From Elusimicrobiota bacterium (lineage in GTDB: Bacteria > Elusimicrobiota > UBA8919): a DNA stretch of 64,000 bases. The DNA is taken from contig JAQUMH010000001.1 of assembly GCA_028718185.1 (NCBI GenBank), positions 31,186 to 95,185 on the forward strand, read 5' to 3'. The notes under the pieces were generated by a model. That model did no database searches and had not been told where the DNA came from. It was given only the letters and a program-made list of their open reading frames with translations. Each line of letters opens with the position of its first letter. The first letter of the stretch is position 1. Of the stretch, positions 10,681-20,992 are shown one piece after another. Position numbers and translations under genes: made by a program.

Positions 10681-12237
10681 CTACTTAGCCAGCTCTTGAT
10701 ATCGTGTTTCTCTTATGACTGTTACCTTAATCTGACCCGGATATTCCAGTTCTGTCTCTATTTTTCTTGCAATATCCTGGGCAAGCTGACTTGCCGCAGC
10801 ATCATCAATATCTTCAGGTTCAACTAAAATTCTTACTTCTCTGCCTGCCTGAACTGCATATGATTTTGCAACTCCAATGAATGATTCAGCAACTTTTTCA
10901 AGCCGTTCTATCCTTTTCAAATAATGTTCAAGCGTTTCCCTCCTAACACCCGGACGTGCTGCGGAAATAGCATCAGCAGCCTGTAAAACAAACGCTTCAA
11001 CCGATTCGGGTTGAACAATACCTTCATGATGAGCCAATATTGCATTTATCATTTTTGGAGATTCGCCATACTGTTTTGCAGTATCTGCAGAAAGCTGATG
11101 ATGCGTTCCTTCTACATCCTTATCAACTGCTTTTCCTATATCATGCAGAAGTCCGGCTTTTTTACAAAAATGAACATCAACTCCGAGTTCTGCTGCAAGA
11201 TAACCTGCTATATTTGCGACTTCAAGAGTATGTGACAGCTGGTTCTGACCATAAGATGTTCTGTATTTCAATTTACCGATAAGTTTTGTAATTTCAGGAT
11301 TCAAATTTGTAATACCTACCTCTAAGGATGCATCTTCTCCTGCTGCTTTTATATTTTCGTCCATTTCCTTCTTCACTTGATTAACAACTTCTTCTATTCT
11401 AGTGGGGTGAATTCTTCCATCTGCCATTAATCGTTCAAGCGATATTTTTGCAACTTCTCTTCTAACCCCGTCAAAACTTGATAAAGTAATAGTATCCGGC
11501 GTATCATCAACTATTAAATCAACACCTGTCGCCTGTTCAAATGCGCGTATATTTCTACCTTCCCTTCCAATTATTCTTCCTTTCATATCGTCATTTGGTA
11601 ATGGGACAGTAGATACAGTTATTTCCTGTGTATAGGTATTCGCACAATGTTGAATTGCAATCGCCAGTATCTCTTTTGCTTTTTTTGAAGCTGTTTCTCT
11701 TGCTTCCTGTTCTAATTTTTTTGTTAAAACAGCTGCTTCTTTTCTAGCTTCTTCTTCCATAATCTTCATTAAAACTTTCTTTGCTTCATCACCTGTCATT
11801 TGAGATATTTTCTCAAGTATCTTTTTTTGTTCATCTTTCTGCTGGTTCAATTTAATAAGTTCTAATTCTATTATTTTAGATTTCGAATTAATTTCGGTTT
11901 CTTTTTTTACAATATCTCTTTCTTTTTTCTCGATAATTTCAAATCTTTTATCAAGATTTTCTTCTTTTTGCAAAAGACGCCTTTCAAGATTTGACAATTC
12001 CTGCCGTCTTATTTTTGTCTGTGCTTCAAATTCCTGGCGCTGACGATGCATCTCTTCTTTTATTGATAATTCTCCTTCCCTTTTCTTCGCTTCAGCATTT
12101 TTTTCTGCATCCGTGATAATTTTCTTAGCTAAAGTTTCGGACGATTTTAAACTTTTTTTGGCAATAGAAACTCTAATGAAATATCCAACAATCAAACATA
12201 TAATCGAAGCCGCTAAAACCATTAAAATATTATCCAT
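10681..12237 (-). CDS. rny: Ribonuclease Y
   Basis: N-terminal transmembrane helix, long coiled coil, KH domain (GRIIGREGRNIR), HD domain (LLHDIGK). Confidence 0.95.
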   Translation of the reverse strand: MDNILMVLAASIICLIVGYFIRVSIAKKSLKSSETLAKKIITDAEKNAEAKKREGELSIKEEMHRQRQEFEAQTKIRRQELSNLERRLLQKEENLDKRFEIIEKKERDIVKKETEINSKSKIIELELIKLNQQKDEQKKILEKISQMTGDEAKKVLMKIMEEEARKEAAVLTKKLEQEARETASKKAKEILAIAIQHCANTYTQEITVSTVPLPNDDMKGRIIGREGRNIRAFEQATGVDLIVDDTPDTITLSSFDGVRREVAKISLERLMADGRIHPTRIEEVVNQVKKEMDENIKAAGEDASLEVGITNLNPEITKLIGKLKYRTSYGQNQLSHTLEVANIAGYLAAELGVDVHFCKKAGLLHDIGKAVDKDVEGTHHQLSADTAKQYGESPKMINAILAHHEGIVQPESVEAFVLQAADAISAARPGVRRETLEHYLKRIERLEKVAESFIGVAKSYAVQAGREVRILVEPEDIDDAAASQLAQDIARKIETELEYPGQIKVTVIRETRYQELAK

Positions 12238-12249
12238 TTTTCCTCCTTT

Positions 12250-12828
12250 TTATTCGTTGTTACAAATACAAGCATTTCGCCTGAAAATTCGTTTTTCCGT
12301 AATTACAAAATCCATCGGAACATCTTTTTCTGAAACCGGTATCCTTTTCAAAACCTGAAAACTGTGCGACAAACCAATCTTTACCGTAGAAATATTTTTT
12401 AAAAACTTGTCAAAATATCCTTTACCAAAACCAATTCGATTACATTGTTTGTCAAATACTACACCCGGAACAATCACTGCATCTAAATTAAAGTTGTTTT
12501 TAAGATTATTACCTTTAGTTTCCGGTTCTAAAATCCCATATTTACCTGAAACTAAATTTTTTAAATCTTTAATTTTAACAAGCATTAACTTATTTTTCAC
12601 AATTTTGGGTAAAAAAACGTCCTTCTTTAATTTTAATGAACTTTCTATCATCTTACGAGTATCAACCTCGTTTTTAAAAGATACGTAAAACGATACTCTT
12701 CTGGCATCGCAAAACTCCCTTAGCTTAAAAAGTTTTTTTAATATCTTTTCACTATTTACATCTACTTCCTTTTTATTAATTTCTTCTCTTATTGCTAATA
12801 TTTTTTTCCTGATATCCTGTTTATTCAT
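12250..12828 (-). CDS. 5-formyltetrahydrofolate cyclo-ligase
   Basis: 192 aa; DAVIVPGVVFDKQCNRIGFGKGYFDKFL motif typical of MTHFS/YgfA family. Confidence 0.85.
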   Translation of the reverse strand: MNKQDIRKKILAIREEINKKEVDVNSEKILKKLFKLREFCDARRVSFYVSFKNEVDTRKMIESSLKLKKDVFLPKIVKNKLMLVKIKDLKNLVSGKYGILEPETKGNNLKNNFNLDAVIVPGVVFDKQCNRIGFGKGYFDKFLKNISTVKIGLSHSFQVLKRIPVSEKDVPMDFVITEKRIFRRNACICNNE

Positions 12829-13923
12829 TTACTTATTTTTAAGTTCTTCCGGAACATCAACAATTCTTTCTTTTTCTATCTTTTCAATTTTTTCAAATAT
12901 TTTAGAATATGCTTCTCTGGATTTTTTTGCTAAAGACAAATATATCGTTACCTGAGAAAGTGAAATCTTTGCTTCAGGCATACCGACAAAATCAACTGCT
13001 TTAAGAACTGATGCTGCTAAAACTAATCCCATCGGGTCAGCATTACCAACATCTTCACTGGCAAAAATTACGAGCCGCCTTGCTATAAATCTAGGATCTT
13101 CACCGGCAACTAACATTTTTGCAAGCCAATAAAGAGCATCATCTGCTTTACCGGAACGCATAGATTTAATAAATGCAGAAATGGTATCATAATGACCATC
13201 TCCTTTTTTATCATAGACAACAACCTTTTTTTGAATGGATTCTACTGCAACATCTAAAGAAAATTCAACAAAACCTTCTTTATTTTTCTTTGTCGTTTCA
13301 AAACCTATCTCAACAGCATTCAAAAGCCGCCTGGCATCTCCTTCTGAATATTTTTTTAAATGATTTTTAGCTTCTACTGAAAATATAATTTTTAATTTTA
13401 ACCCGGTACTTTGTAGAATATTTTCTAAATTATCTTCTGAAAGCTTTTTAAATTCAAAAACCTGTGATCTTGACAAAAGTGCAGAGTTAATATAAAAATA
13501 TGGATTTTCAGTTGTGATTCCAATCAAAACGATTACTCCTTTTTCTACATAAGGCAGAAGACAATCTTGTTGCGACTTGTTAAAATGATGTATTTCGTCA
13601 ATAAGCAAAATAGTTTTTTTATCTCTATTTTTCGCTGTATTAATTGTTTTTCTTAAATCATCTACACCGCTTATAACAGCGCTTATTTCCTGAAAATATC
13701 CCGATGTCATATTAGCGATAATCTTTGCTAAAGATGATTTTCCGCTACCGGAAGGACCGTAAAATATAACAGATGAAAGTTTATCCGATACAATTGCCCT
13801 TCTTAATAGCTTGCCTTCCGATAAAATATCTTCTTGTCCCACAAAATCATCAAGTGTCTTGGGACTCATTCTCGATGCTAATGGTTCTTTTCTTTTGATA
13901 TTTTCTTTTTCAAACAAGTCCAT
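12829..13923 (-). CDS. rarA: Replication-associated recombination protein A (AAA+ ATPase RarA/MgsA)
   Basis: Walker A GPSGSGKSS, LLIDEIHHFNKSQQD, GDARRLLN, and conserved C-terminal MgsA domain (ALYWLAKMLVAGEDPRFIARRL). Confidence 0.85.
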   Translation of the reverse strand: MDLFEKENIKRKEPLASRMSPKTLDDFVGQEDILSEGKLLRRAIVSDKLSSVIFYGPSGSGKSSLAKIIANMTSGYFQEISAVISGVDDLRKTINTAKNRDKKTILLIDEIHHFNKSQQDCLLPYVEKGVIVLIGITTENPYFYINSALLSRSQVFEFKKLSEDNLENILQSTGLKLKIIFSVEAKNHLKKYSEGDARRLLNAVEIGFETTKKNKEGFVEFSLDVAVESIQKKVVVYDKKGDGHYDTISAFIKSMRSGKADDALYWLAKMLVAGEDPRFIARRLVIFASEDVGNADPMGLVLAASVLKAVDFVGMPEAKISLSQVTIYLSLAKKSREAYSKIFEKIEKIEKERIVDVPEELKNK

Positions 13924-13994
13924 ATATAGATACTAAAATTACTGAAATATCCGCCACTAAACCGTTGGCGGATTTATCCTTTACGCATTCTGCG

Positions 13995-14165
13995 TAATAG
14001 GATAAAAAAATCCCCGCGAATGCCGTGTGAACAAAATGTTTGAAGCACTACTTACTAAGTGGGTATCCTGTTCAAGTAACCAAAATTACAAGAAACGCAG
14101 ATTCCCAAAATTGTGCTTGTAAGCTCAAAACAGTCTATTCAACACCAACACCGCAGGGAAATTAT
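13995..14165 (-). ncRNA. ssrS: Candidate structured small RNA, possibly 6S RNA (SsrS)
   Basis: 247-bp non-coding gap immediately downstream of zapA; minus-strand 5' CCCUGCGG (about 14150) can pair with CGCGGGG (about 14015) followed by a U-run, enclosing about 140 nt; E. coli places ssrS between zapA and the 5-formyl-THF cyclo-ligase gene. Not verified by covariance model. Confidence 0.25.
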
Positions 14166-14169
14166 AATA

Positions 14170-14457
14170 TCACAAACGTAATGCTGACTCTAAATGCAAA
14201 ATCAACTCATCAACATTTCTATCTAATTCCGTTTCAATATTTTCTTTTTCTTCTTTCAACGCAAAAACTTCCTCCGCTAATGTAATAAGTGTAAGATTTA
14301 GTATCTTCAAAGTATCAGGTGTGTTCTGTTCTTTGCTTACTTCATTCAATTTTTCATTAACATATTTTGCAAGCTGGCTGACAAACAAGGGCTCCATTTC
14401 TGTTTCAATATCAAACTCACTATTCAATATTTTTATAGAAACCCTTTCTTTTGTCAT
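14170..14457 (-). CDS. zapA: Cell division protein ZapA
   Basis: 95 aa; N-terminal beta region (VSIKILNSEFDIETE) followed by coiled coil, ZapA-like. Confidence 0.7.
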   Translation of the reverse strand: MTKERVSIKILNSEFDIETEMEPLFVSQLAKYVNEKLNEVSKEQNTPDTLKILNLTLITLAEEVFALKEEKENIETELDRNVDELILHLESALRL

Positions 14458-14696
14458 TAGATTTTCGCCCTCTCAATGTTTTCTATAATACTTTTTATTC
14501 TACCTTTTATTATATCCCTTTCTTTAACATACTTTCGCACCATTTTATTTTCCTCCTCAAACATATTTACCTTTGAAAGTAATTCTTCATTCATGTCTCT
14601 AAGTTTCTGATTTTCTTTTTTCAAATCACTTATTCTAAACGAAATGCCTTTAACTTTTTCTTTTAACAAAGCAACTTTACTGCCAATCTTATCCAT
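14457..14696 (-). CDS. Small coiled-coil protein, possibly ZapB-like cell-division factor
   Basis: 79 aa, almost entirely heptad-like K/E/L/N-rich sequence; start overlaps zapA stop. Confidence 0.35.
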   Translation of the reverse strand: MDKIGSKVALLKEKVKGISFRISDLKKENQKLRDMNEELLSKVNMFEEENKMVRKYVKERDIIKGRIKSIIENIERAKI

Positions 14697-14788
14697 TACA
14701 CTAAAAAATTATACAAAAATATTTGATTTTGTCAACTCTCTTTTTGGTGATTATTTTTATAATAATTATTTGAACGAAATTGGCTATA

Positions 14789-17700
14789 CTATTTATCAGC
14801 CCAGTCTTTGGCGATTAAAATTGCTTGTTCCAATACTGTTTCGGTTGCTTTTTTCTGTTTATCAGGTGGATACCCATATTTTCTTAAAATTCTTTTTACC
14901 ATTACCCTCAAATTTGCCTGTATATTTTCTCTTATTGTCCAGTCAATAGTAACATTATTTCTCACTGTCTTTATCAGTTCCCTTGCAATTGTTCTCAAGA
15001 TTTCATCTCCAAGAACCTTAACTGCACTGTCATTTACTTCCAAAGCATCATAGAATGCAAGTTCATCTTCAGTTAAATTTAATAACTCACCCCGTTTATC
15101 AGCATCCCTCAACTTCTTTGCTAATTCAATGAGTTCTTCTATAACTCTTGCTGTTTCTATTGCCTTATTCTGATATTTCCGAATCGTCTTTTCCAGCATT
15201 TCCGCAAATGACCTGCCCTGTATTAGATTTCTTTTTGTCCTTATTTTTATTTCGTCATTCAGCAATTTTTTCAAAAGTTCAAACGCTAAATTTTTGTGCG
15301 GCATATTTTTTACTTCCGCCAAAAACTCATCCGAAAGAATTGAAATATCCGGTTTTTTAATCCCAGCTGCTTCAAATACATCAATCACTTTATCAGAAGT
15401 AATTGCTTTTGATATTATCTGTTTTATTGCCGTATCAAGTTCTTCTTCTGTTTTACCACCACCCACTTCAAACTTCGCAATTCTTGACCTTACCGCTTGA
15501 AAAAAACCTACATTGTCTCTAATCTCAAGTGCCTTTTCATTCGGGACGGCAAGGGCAAACGCCTTTGATAACTGCGAGACATAATTCAAAAATCTTTCTT
15601 TTCCCTTCTCTTTTTCCTTGCCTAATATAAATTCGGCCGCTTCAGCCAATATGCCCATCTTTTCTCTTACACCAACAGTGAAAAACTTCTTATAATCAAA
15701 TTTACCTGCCTCGCCAACAGGCGGGACGAACATGCCACAAACGATTTCGTATTTTTCAAGCATAACTGCAACTGCTTCTCTCTGGTCAAAAGTGGGCTTC
15801 CCTTCTCCGCCACTTTCTGTATAGATTGAAAGTGCTTCTTTCAAATCGGCTGCAATGCCTAAATAGTCAACCACGAGTCCACCGGGCTTATCTTTGAAAA
15901 CCCTGTTCACTCTTGCTATCGCCTGCATAAGACCGTGCCCGCGCATCGGCTTGTCAATATACATCGTATGCAAACAAGGAACATCAAATCCCGTAAGCCA
16001 CATATCTCTCACAATTGATAGCTTAAGCGGGTCGCTGTCATCTTTCATTCTGTTGCCTATTTCTCTGCGTCTCTGTTTATTTCTTATATGTTCCTGCCAA
16101 CCAACATCATCACTTGCAGAGCCGGTCATTATTATTTTAAGAAAACCTTTGTCATCGTCTTTGTGATACCAATCGGGACGGAGTTTTATAATCTCATTAT
16201 GCAGTTCAATACAAATACGCCTACTCATACAGACAATCATTCCTTTGCCATCAAGCACTTTTAGACGCTCTTCAAAATGTTCTACAATATCTTTTGCAAT
16301 CTGTTTAATCCTTTTTTCACTGCCAATGATTGCCTCAAGCCGAGCCCATCTTGTTTTTAACTTCTCTTTTTTCTTTACTTCTTCGAATTCGGTCACTTCT
16401 TCGAATTCAGGGTCAATTTTAGGTCGCTCTTCTGCTTTTAACTCAAGTTTAGCAAGACGGTTTTCATAAAATATTCTGACTGTGGCACCATCTTTAACTG
16501 CCTGCTCAATATCATAAACATCAATGTAATCGCCAAAAACTGCAATCGTATTCCTGTCAGTTTTTTCTATAGGCGTTCCGGTAAATCCTATAAATGAAGC
16601 ATTCGGCAATGCATCCCGCATATGCTTTGCGAAACCATCTATAAAATCATACTGACTTCTGTGTGCCTCATCTGCAATAACTACTATGTTTCGTCTTTCA
16701 GACAACAATTGGAAACGGTTTGCATTTTCTTCAGGGAAAAATTTTTGTATTGTTGTAAATACAACACCACCGGATGCAACTTTTAAATATTCTTTAAGTT
16801 CATCTCGTGTTTCTGCCTGTACCGGCTCTTGCCTTAAAAGTTCCTGACACCTGCAAAAAGTACCATACAATTGGTCATCTAAATCGTTTCTATCTGTAAG
16901 AACGACAATAGTCGGATTATCCATCCTAAGAACAAGTTTGCCGGTATAATATGCCATTATTAAACTTTTCCCTGAACCCTGAGTATGCCACACAACACCG
17001 CACCGTTTGTCGCCTTTCTTACTTGATGCTTTAATCGTTGATTCAACCGCCTTATTTACCGCATAATATTGGTGATATGCTGCTATCTTTTTGGAAGTTT
17101 TAATTTGCTCATTTTCAAAAACAATAAAATGTCTAATTAAATCAAGAAGAACTTTTTTATTCAGCATCCCTTTCAATAGCACTTCTATCTGCGGAACAGT
17201 TGCCGGTTCTTTTTCTGTGCCATCAATTGTTTTCCAAGGCAAAAACCTCTCCCAATCAGAAGTTATTGTCCCTGCTCTTGCTTCATTGCCATCACTTATT
17301 ATAAGGATTTCGTTGTAATTGAAAACGGAAGGTATTTGTGTTTTGTAGGTTTCAAATTGCTTGAATGCCGATTTTATAGTAGCGTTTTCATCAGCAGGAT
17401 TTTTTAATTCAATGACAACTAACGGCAAACCATTCACAAAAATAACAATATCGGGACGCCTGTTGTTATTATTTTCTATAACTGTAAATTGATTTACTGC
17501 TAAAAACTCATTATTGTTGATATTCTTAAAATCAAAAAGCCATACTTTATCACCAACAATTTTTCCCACCTTTTTATATTCAACATCAACACCGTTAACC
17601 AAGAGTTTATGGAAATTATGATTATTTACAATCAGGTTAGGGGTTTTGTCTCTCAATACTTTTTTAAGGACTTCTTCTTGGGCAGTTTTTGGAACCTGTG

Positions 17701-17890
17701 GATTTAACCTGTCAATTGCTTCCATTAACCGCTCAATCAAAACAGAATTGAAATAATCATCTCTTTCAGGTCTCGTGCCATCAACAGCAATATCCGGACC
17801 ATAAAGTGTCTTATATCCCAATTCTTTTAATATGTCCAATGATAACTGTTCAATTTCCGATTCGGTGATTATGTGTGGCATATTTTTCAA
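14789..17890 (-). CDS. hsdR: Type I restriction enzyme R subunit (HsdR)
   Basis: 1033 aa; N-terminal nuclease region, SF2 helicase motifs (TQGSGKS, DEAH-like [10 protein letters not shown]). Confidence 0.95.
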   Translation of the reverse strand: MKNMPHIITESEIEQLSLDILKELGYKTLYGPDIAVDGTRPERDDYFNSVLIERLMEAIDRLNPQVPKTAQEEVLKKVLRDKTPNLIVNNHNFHKLLVNGVDVEYKKVGKIVGDKVWLFDFKNINNNEFLAVNQFTVIENNNNRRPDIVIFVNGLPLVVIELKNPADENATIKSAFKQFETYKTQIPSVFNYNEILIISDGNEARAGTITSDWERFLPWKTIDGTEKEPATVPQIEVLLKGMLNKKVLLDLIRHFIVFENEQIKTSKKIAAYHQYYAVNKAVESTIKASSKKGDKRCGVVWHTQGSGKSLIMAYYTGKLVLRMDNPTIVVLTDRNDLDDQLYGTFCRCQELLRQEPVQAETRDELKEYLKVASGGVVFTTIQKFFPEENANRFQLLSERRNIVVIADEAHRSQYDFIDGFAKHMRDALPNASFIGFTGTPIEKTDRNTIAVFGDYIDVYDIEQAVKDGATVRIFYENRLAKLELKAEERPKIDPEFEEVTEFEEVKKKEKLKTRWARLEAIIGSEKRIKQIAKDIVEHFEERLKVLDGKGMIVCMSRRICIELHNEIIKLRPDWYHKDDDKGFLKIIMTGSASDDVGWQEHIRNKQRRREIGNRMKDDSDPLKLSIVRDMWLTGFDVPCLHTMYIDKPMRGHGLMQAIARVNRVFKDKPGGLVVDYLGIAADLKEALSIYTESGGEGKPTFDQREAVAVMLEKYEIVCGMFVPPVGEAGKFDYKKFFTVGVREKMGILAEAAEFILGKEKEKGKERFLNYVSQLSKAFALAVPNEKALEIRDNVGFFQAVRSRIAKFEVGGGKTEEELDTAIKQIISKAITSDKVIDVFEAAGIKKPDISILSDEFLAEVKNMPHKNLAFELLKKLLNDEIKIRTKRNLIQGRSFAEMLEKTIRKYQNKAIETARVIEELIELAKKLRDADKRGELLNLTEDELAFYDALEVNDSAVKVLGDEILRTIARELIKTVRNNVTIDWTIRENIQANLRVMVKRILRKYGYPPDKQKKATETVLEQAILIAKDWADK

Positions 17891-17893
17891 TGT

Positions 17894-18658
17894 TTATGAA
17901 ACTAATTCTTGCCTTATTGCTTCTCTCTCACTCCAAATTACTGGATTAACTCCATAATTAAACAGTGCTTCAATAACCGAAGGCATAGTTTTTTGTTCTG
18001 AATCATTTAAGAAAGCATAAGCTTTAGAATTAGTAGGTCTAACTTCCTTGGTATCAATCCAAGAAAAAGCAAGAGCTTGTGCAGTATCTTTATTGGGTCT
18101 ATTTATTGTTTGAATAATTCTTTCCGGTTGCCTTTTTGATGCAGGAATTACAAAGTCAAATAAATGGTCATAACCGCTTTTCCCAGTAAATTTAATCCTC
18201 GGAGTATATCTAATATCATTTATATTCATCCAAGAAGTAACATCTTCAAAAAACAAACTGGCAACCATAGGTGCAGCTAAATAAAATAAATCATTTATTG
18301 CTAACATAGCCTGTACCAAATTATGCTTTTTTAATGAAAAGTTTTCAGATGAAGCATGCAAAGTTAAAGATTTTTCTTGCATTTTAACGCCAAAACCGTT
18401 TAATGTTAATAGAAGAAGATCCTTGCGTTTTTTACTATCTAATTCACAGCCCGATTGCATAAGATCAGCAATGGTATAGCCATCATCTGTTAAAATATAA
18501 CCATTATTATCCCGCTTAACATATATTTGTAAATAATCATTGTGTCTATCCAAATAAGGAGTCGTTATTTCGACCCAATCTTCTACTTGACGTAAAGCTG
18601 TTTTATCTTTCAACCAATTTAAGTAATTATCCAAAAGCTTTTGTATTTCGTCTATCAT
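17894..18658 (-). CDS. Uncharacterised protein embedded in type I R-M operon (from memory resembles DUF1828/DUF1829-type proteins)
   Basis: 254-aa ORF; ATG overlaps stop of upstream 151-aa ORF (ATGA), and it ends 4 nt before hsdR start; no catalytic motif recognised. Confidence 0.5.
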   Translation of the reverse strand: MIDEIQKLLDNYLNWLKDKTALRQVEDWVEITTPYLDRHNDYLQIYVKRDNNGYILTDDGYTIADLMQSGCELDSKKRKDLLLLTLNGFGVKMQEKSLTLHASSENFSLKKHNLVQAMLAINDLFYLAAPMVASLFFEDVTSWMNINDIRYTPRIKFTGKSGYDHLFDFVIPASKRQPERIIQTINRPNKDTAQALAFSWIDTKEVRPTNSKAYAFLNDSEQKTMPSVIEALFNYGVNPVIWSEREAIRQELVS

Positions 18659-19110
18659 GAAAATAACCCCCTCTCTATGTTCGGTGGTTCTATTATATTA
18701 CATAATATCATAAAATCGCTCAAGGTTTGCCATAAATCAGAAATATTTGGGAATCTGTCAATTGGCAAAGGTACTGCCCACTTATCACCAAATCCTTCAC
18801 GATAATAATGTAAATGTGGTGATGCTATTTCTTGCCCATCAGGATTCCTATGAGGCTGTCCACCAAAATCTAATCTAACAAGTATTACTACTTGTTGTGC
18901 ACGATTTTGATATGAACCTTTTAGTAAGTCAATTCTACCTCTGCTAATATCAAGCATAAAGTTCTCACGTTTGTTTACAGAAGTTATAGGAACGCGTATT
19001 TGTCCACCATATCCAGGGTATTCCCAACTTACATCATTGACTTTTACTTTTTCCATTGCTATCAAAGTATTCGCTTCGGTTTGAGGTAAATTAATTTCAG
19101 GCATTTGCAC
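18655..19110 (-). CDS. Uncharacterised protein embedded in type I R-M operon
   Basis: 151-aa ORF overlapping hsdS 3' end by 14 nt and coupled to the following 254-aa ORF; contains PHLHYYREG and HRNPDG segments of unknown significance. Confidence 0.5.
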   Translation of the reverse strand: MQMPEINLPQTEANTLIAMEKVKVNDVSWEYPGYGGQIRVPITSVNKRENFMLDISRGRIDLLKGSYQNRAQQVVILVRLDFGGQPHRNPDGQEIASPHLHYYREGFGDKWAVPLPIDRFPNISDLWQTLSDFMILCNIIEPPNIERGLFS

Positions 19111-20290
19111 TCCTTTTTATTCTTATCTTTCCTGACATTAGTTTTGGTAAAAGAGAATCACAAATATCGTTTAATTTTTTATTTTCTCGCAAATTCTCTA
19201 ATATTTGCTGCATGATAGGCTCAATTACCTTATGAAACTTTTTCATTATGAAATCATTTGGAACAACAATACTTATTCGCGCAAAATTTCCTGTATTAAG
19301 ATTCAATGTAGCTGTTCCCCCAAGTCCCATAGTTTTTATTTCTTCACTTTTGTTCAACATAGAAAAATACATAAAATATGGACTAATTTCTTTTTTACAA
19401 ATAATGCTATTTATTTGTTGATTTGTCTGACTAACTTCACTTGTAAGTGATACTAAACCTGGAGTAGCTATACAACTGACACAGACAGATAACGCAGATA
19501 AATATTTATTTTTTTGTAAATCAGCCCCTTGTTTTGAAAGTATTTTTTCTGTTTTAATTACAAAAACAAAATTACGCATATCAGGAATAGTAATGAACGG
19601 TATATCTGCTCCATAATTATCTCTATTTATAGTTGCAGGAGTTTTTCCGCAAATAATATCACCACAGTCTTTTATTTCTTTTTTCCCCCATCCATCAGGT
19701 AAACCATTTTTAAATTTTGTTTTTTCATAGTCGGGGAAACGGAAAGCAATAAACCACTCCTTGAATATTGCCTGAGCTATTGACTCAAGGGTTTTATTCA
19801 TCTGGTTATTTAGTTCTATCTTTTCATCAAGGTCAGAAAGAATTTTTGCAATCGCCCGCTGTTCATTGAACGATGGTATATGTTTTTTTATTTCATACAC
19901 GTAATCACGATTAAGTCCGGGAACTGCTGAATGACTATTCATTTCAGTAAGATTTAATGTTTTAAGAAAATAATACCAAAACAATATGTCGTTTTCTCCT
20001 TTTGTTTTTACGTAATATGTTGTATCAATAGGCCAAAAATCAGTTTTTGAAAATGTAACTTGTCCAACAGTGCCTTTCCTGCCAATAATAATTCCAGGTC
20101 CTTTTACAAGTGCTTCATTATGCTGACCAATAATACCATTTGAACCATAGACCGATATATCACCACCTTTTCTCTCTCTTGTTATAAGCCCATCACCATA
20201 AACTAACTCAATATTATTTCCAACAGATGATTCTTCCCATCCTTCGGGAATTGCACCAATTTCTGTTTGTTTGAATTTATTCTTTTCCAT
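19097..20290 (-). CDS. hsdS: Type I restriction-modification specificity subunit (HsdS)
   Basis: Two target-recognition domains separated by conserved spacer; ORF track begins at 20347 but likely start is the internal Met (MEKNKF...) at 20290, just after the HNH gene stop. Confidence 0.85.
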   Translation of the reverse strand: MEKNKFKQTEIGAIPEGWEESSVGNNIELVYGDGLITRERKGGDISVYGSNGIIGQHNEALVKGPGIIIGRKGTVGQVTFSKTDFWPIDTTYYVKTKGENDILFWYYFLKTLNLTEMNSHSAVPGLNRDYVYEIKKHIPSFNEQRAIAKILSDLDEKIELNNQMNKTLESIAQAIFKEWFIAFRFPDYEKTKFKNGLPDGWGKKEIKDCGDIICGKTPATINRDNYGADIPFITIPDMRNFVFVIKTEKILSKQGADLQKNKYLSALSVCVSCIATPGLVSLTSEVSQTNQQINSIICKKEISPYFMYFSMLNKSEEIKTMGLGGTATLNLNTGNFARISIVVPNDFIMKKFHKVIEPIMQQILENLRENKKLNDICDSLLPKLMSGKIRIKRSANA

Positions 20291-20297
20291 ATTGTAT

Positions 20298-20990
20298 TTA
20301 ATTAGTTGCGATTGTCTTACATTTTTTACAAAAACATCCCGGGTCATGAAAACCTATCTGCATAATAAGTTTGTCCCAGAACAGCATACCCCAGAAGTGA
20401 AATTTATTTAACTCGGGAATAATAATATATTTATAATCAAATACTGCTGGATACTGCCCTTTTGATGAGATATTACGTATATACTCAAACTCCAAATCAG
20501 GTCTTTGTCCTTCTGAGTAAATCTTGTTAATACGCGGTGTTCTATCAGGAAGAAACTGTCCGCATTCTTTAAAAAATAACCCTCTTGTAATTTTCCAAAC
20601 CACTCTCCAAACACGCTCGCCATTGAATCGTTTTAGTACTTTATTATATGGTAAAATAAGCCCTGACGGCCTTGTTTCAAATTCTTTAAAAACCATTTTG
20701 TGAAGACGACTACCTGCGGGACGCTTTCTTCTGCATACAATATCCTTCCAAATTTCGCTTCCTGTATCTGATTCCATTGTTAATGGAGCTATAGAATGAA
20801 CAAAATAGTCTTCATCTATCTGGTATGGTTCATGACATTTGCGATGAACCGGCAAAGTAAATAAATTTGGGGAATCTTTCTTCCTAACACGGGTCGCATA
20901 AAATTGTTTCGGAGGAACGTGGTCTTTATCTACTTTACCCGATAGCATATTACCGCACAAGTAACATATTTCTATTTCTTTTTTAGCCAT
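20298..20990 (-). CDS. HNH-motif endonuclease-like protein
   Basis: CYLCG...DKDHVPP...VHRKCH arrangement consistent with an HNH/zinc-finger nuclease core; C-terminal CFCKKCK; lies between yhcG-like gene and hsdS. Confidence 0.55.
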   Translation of the reverse strand: MAKKEIEICYLCGNMLSGKVDKDHVPPKQFYATRVRKKDSPNLFTLPVHRKCHEPYQIDEDYFVHSIAPLTMESDTGSEIWKDIVCRRKRPAGSRLHKMVFKEFETRPSGLILPYNKVLKRFNGERVWRVVWKITRGLFFKECGQFLPDRTPRINKIYSEGQRPDLEFEYIRNISSKGQYPAVFDYKYIIIPELNKFHFWGMLFWDKLIMQIGFHDPGCFCKKCKTIATN

Positions 20991-20992
20991 TG

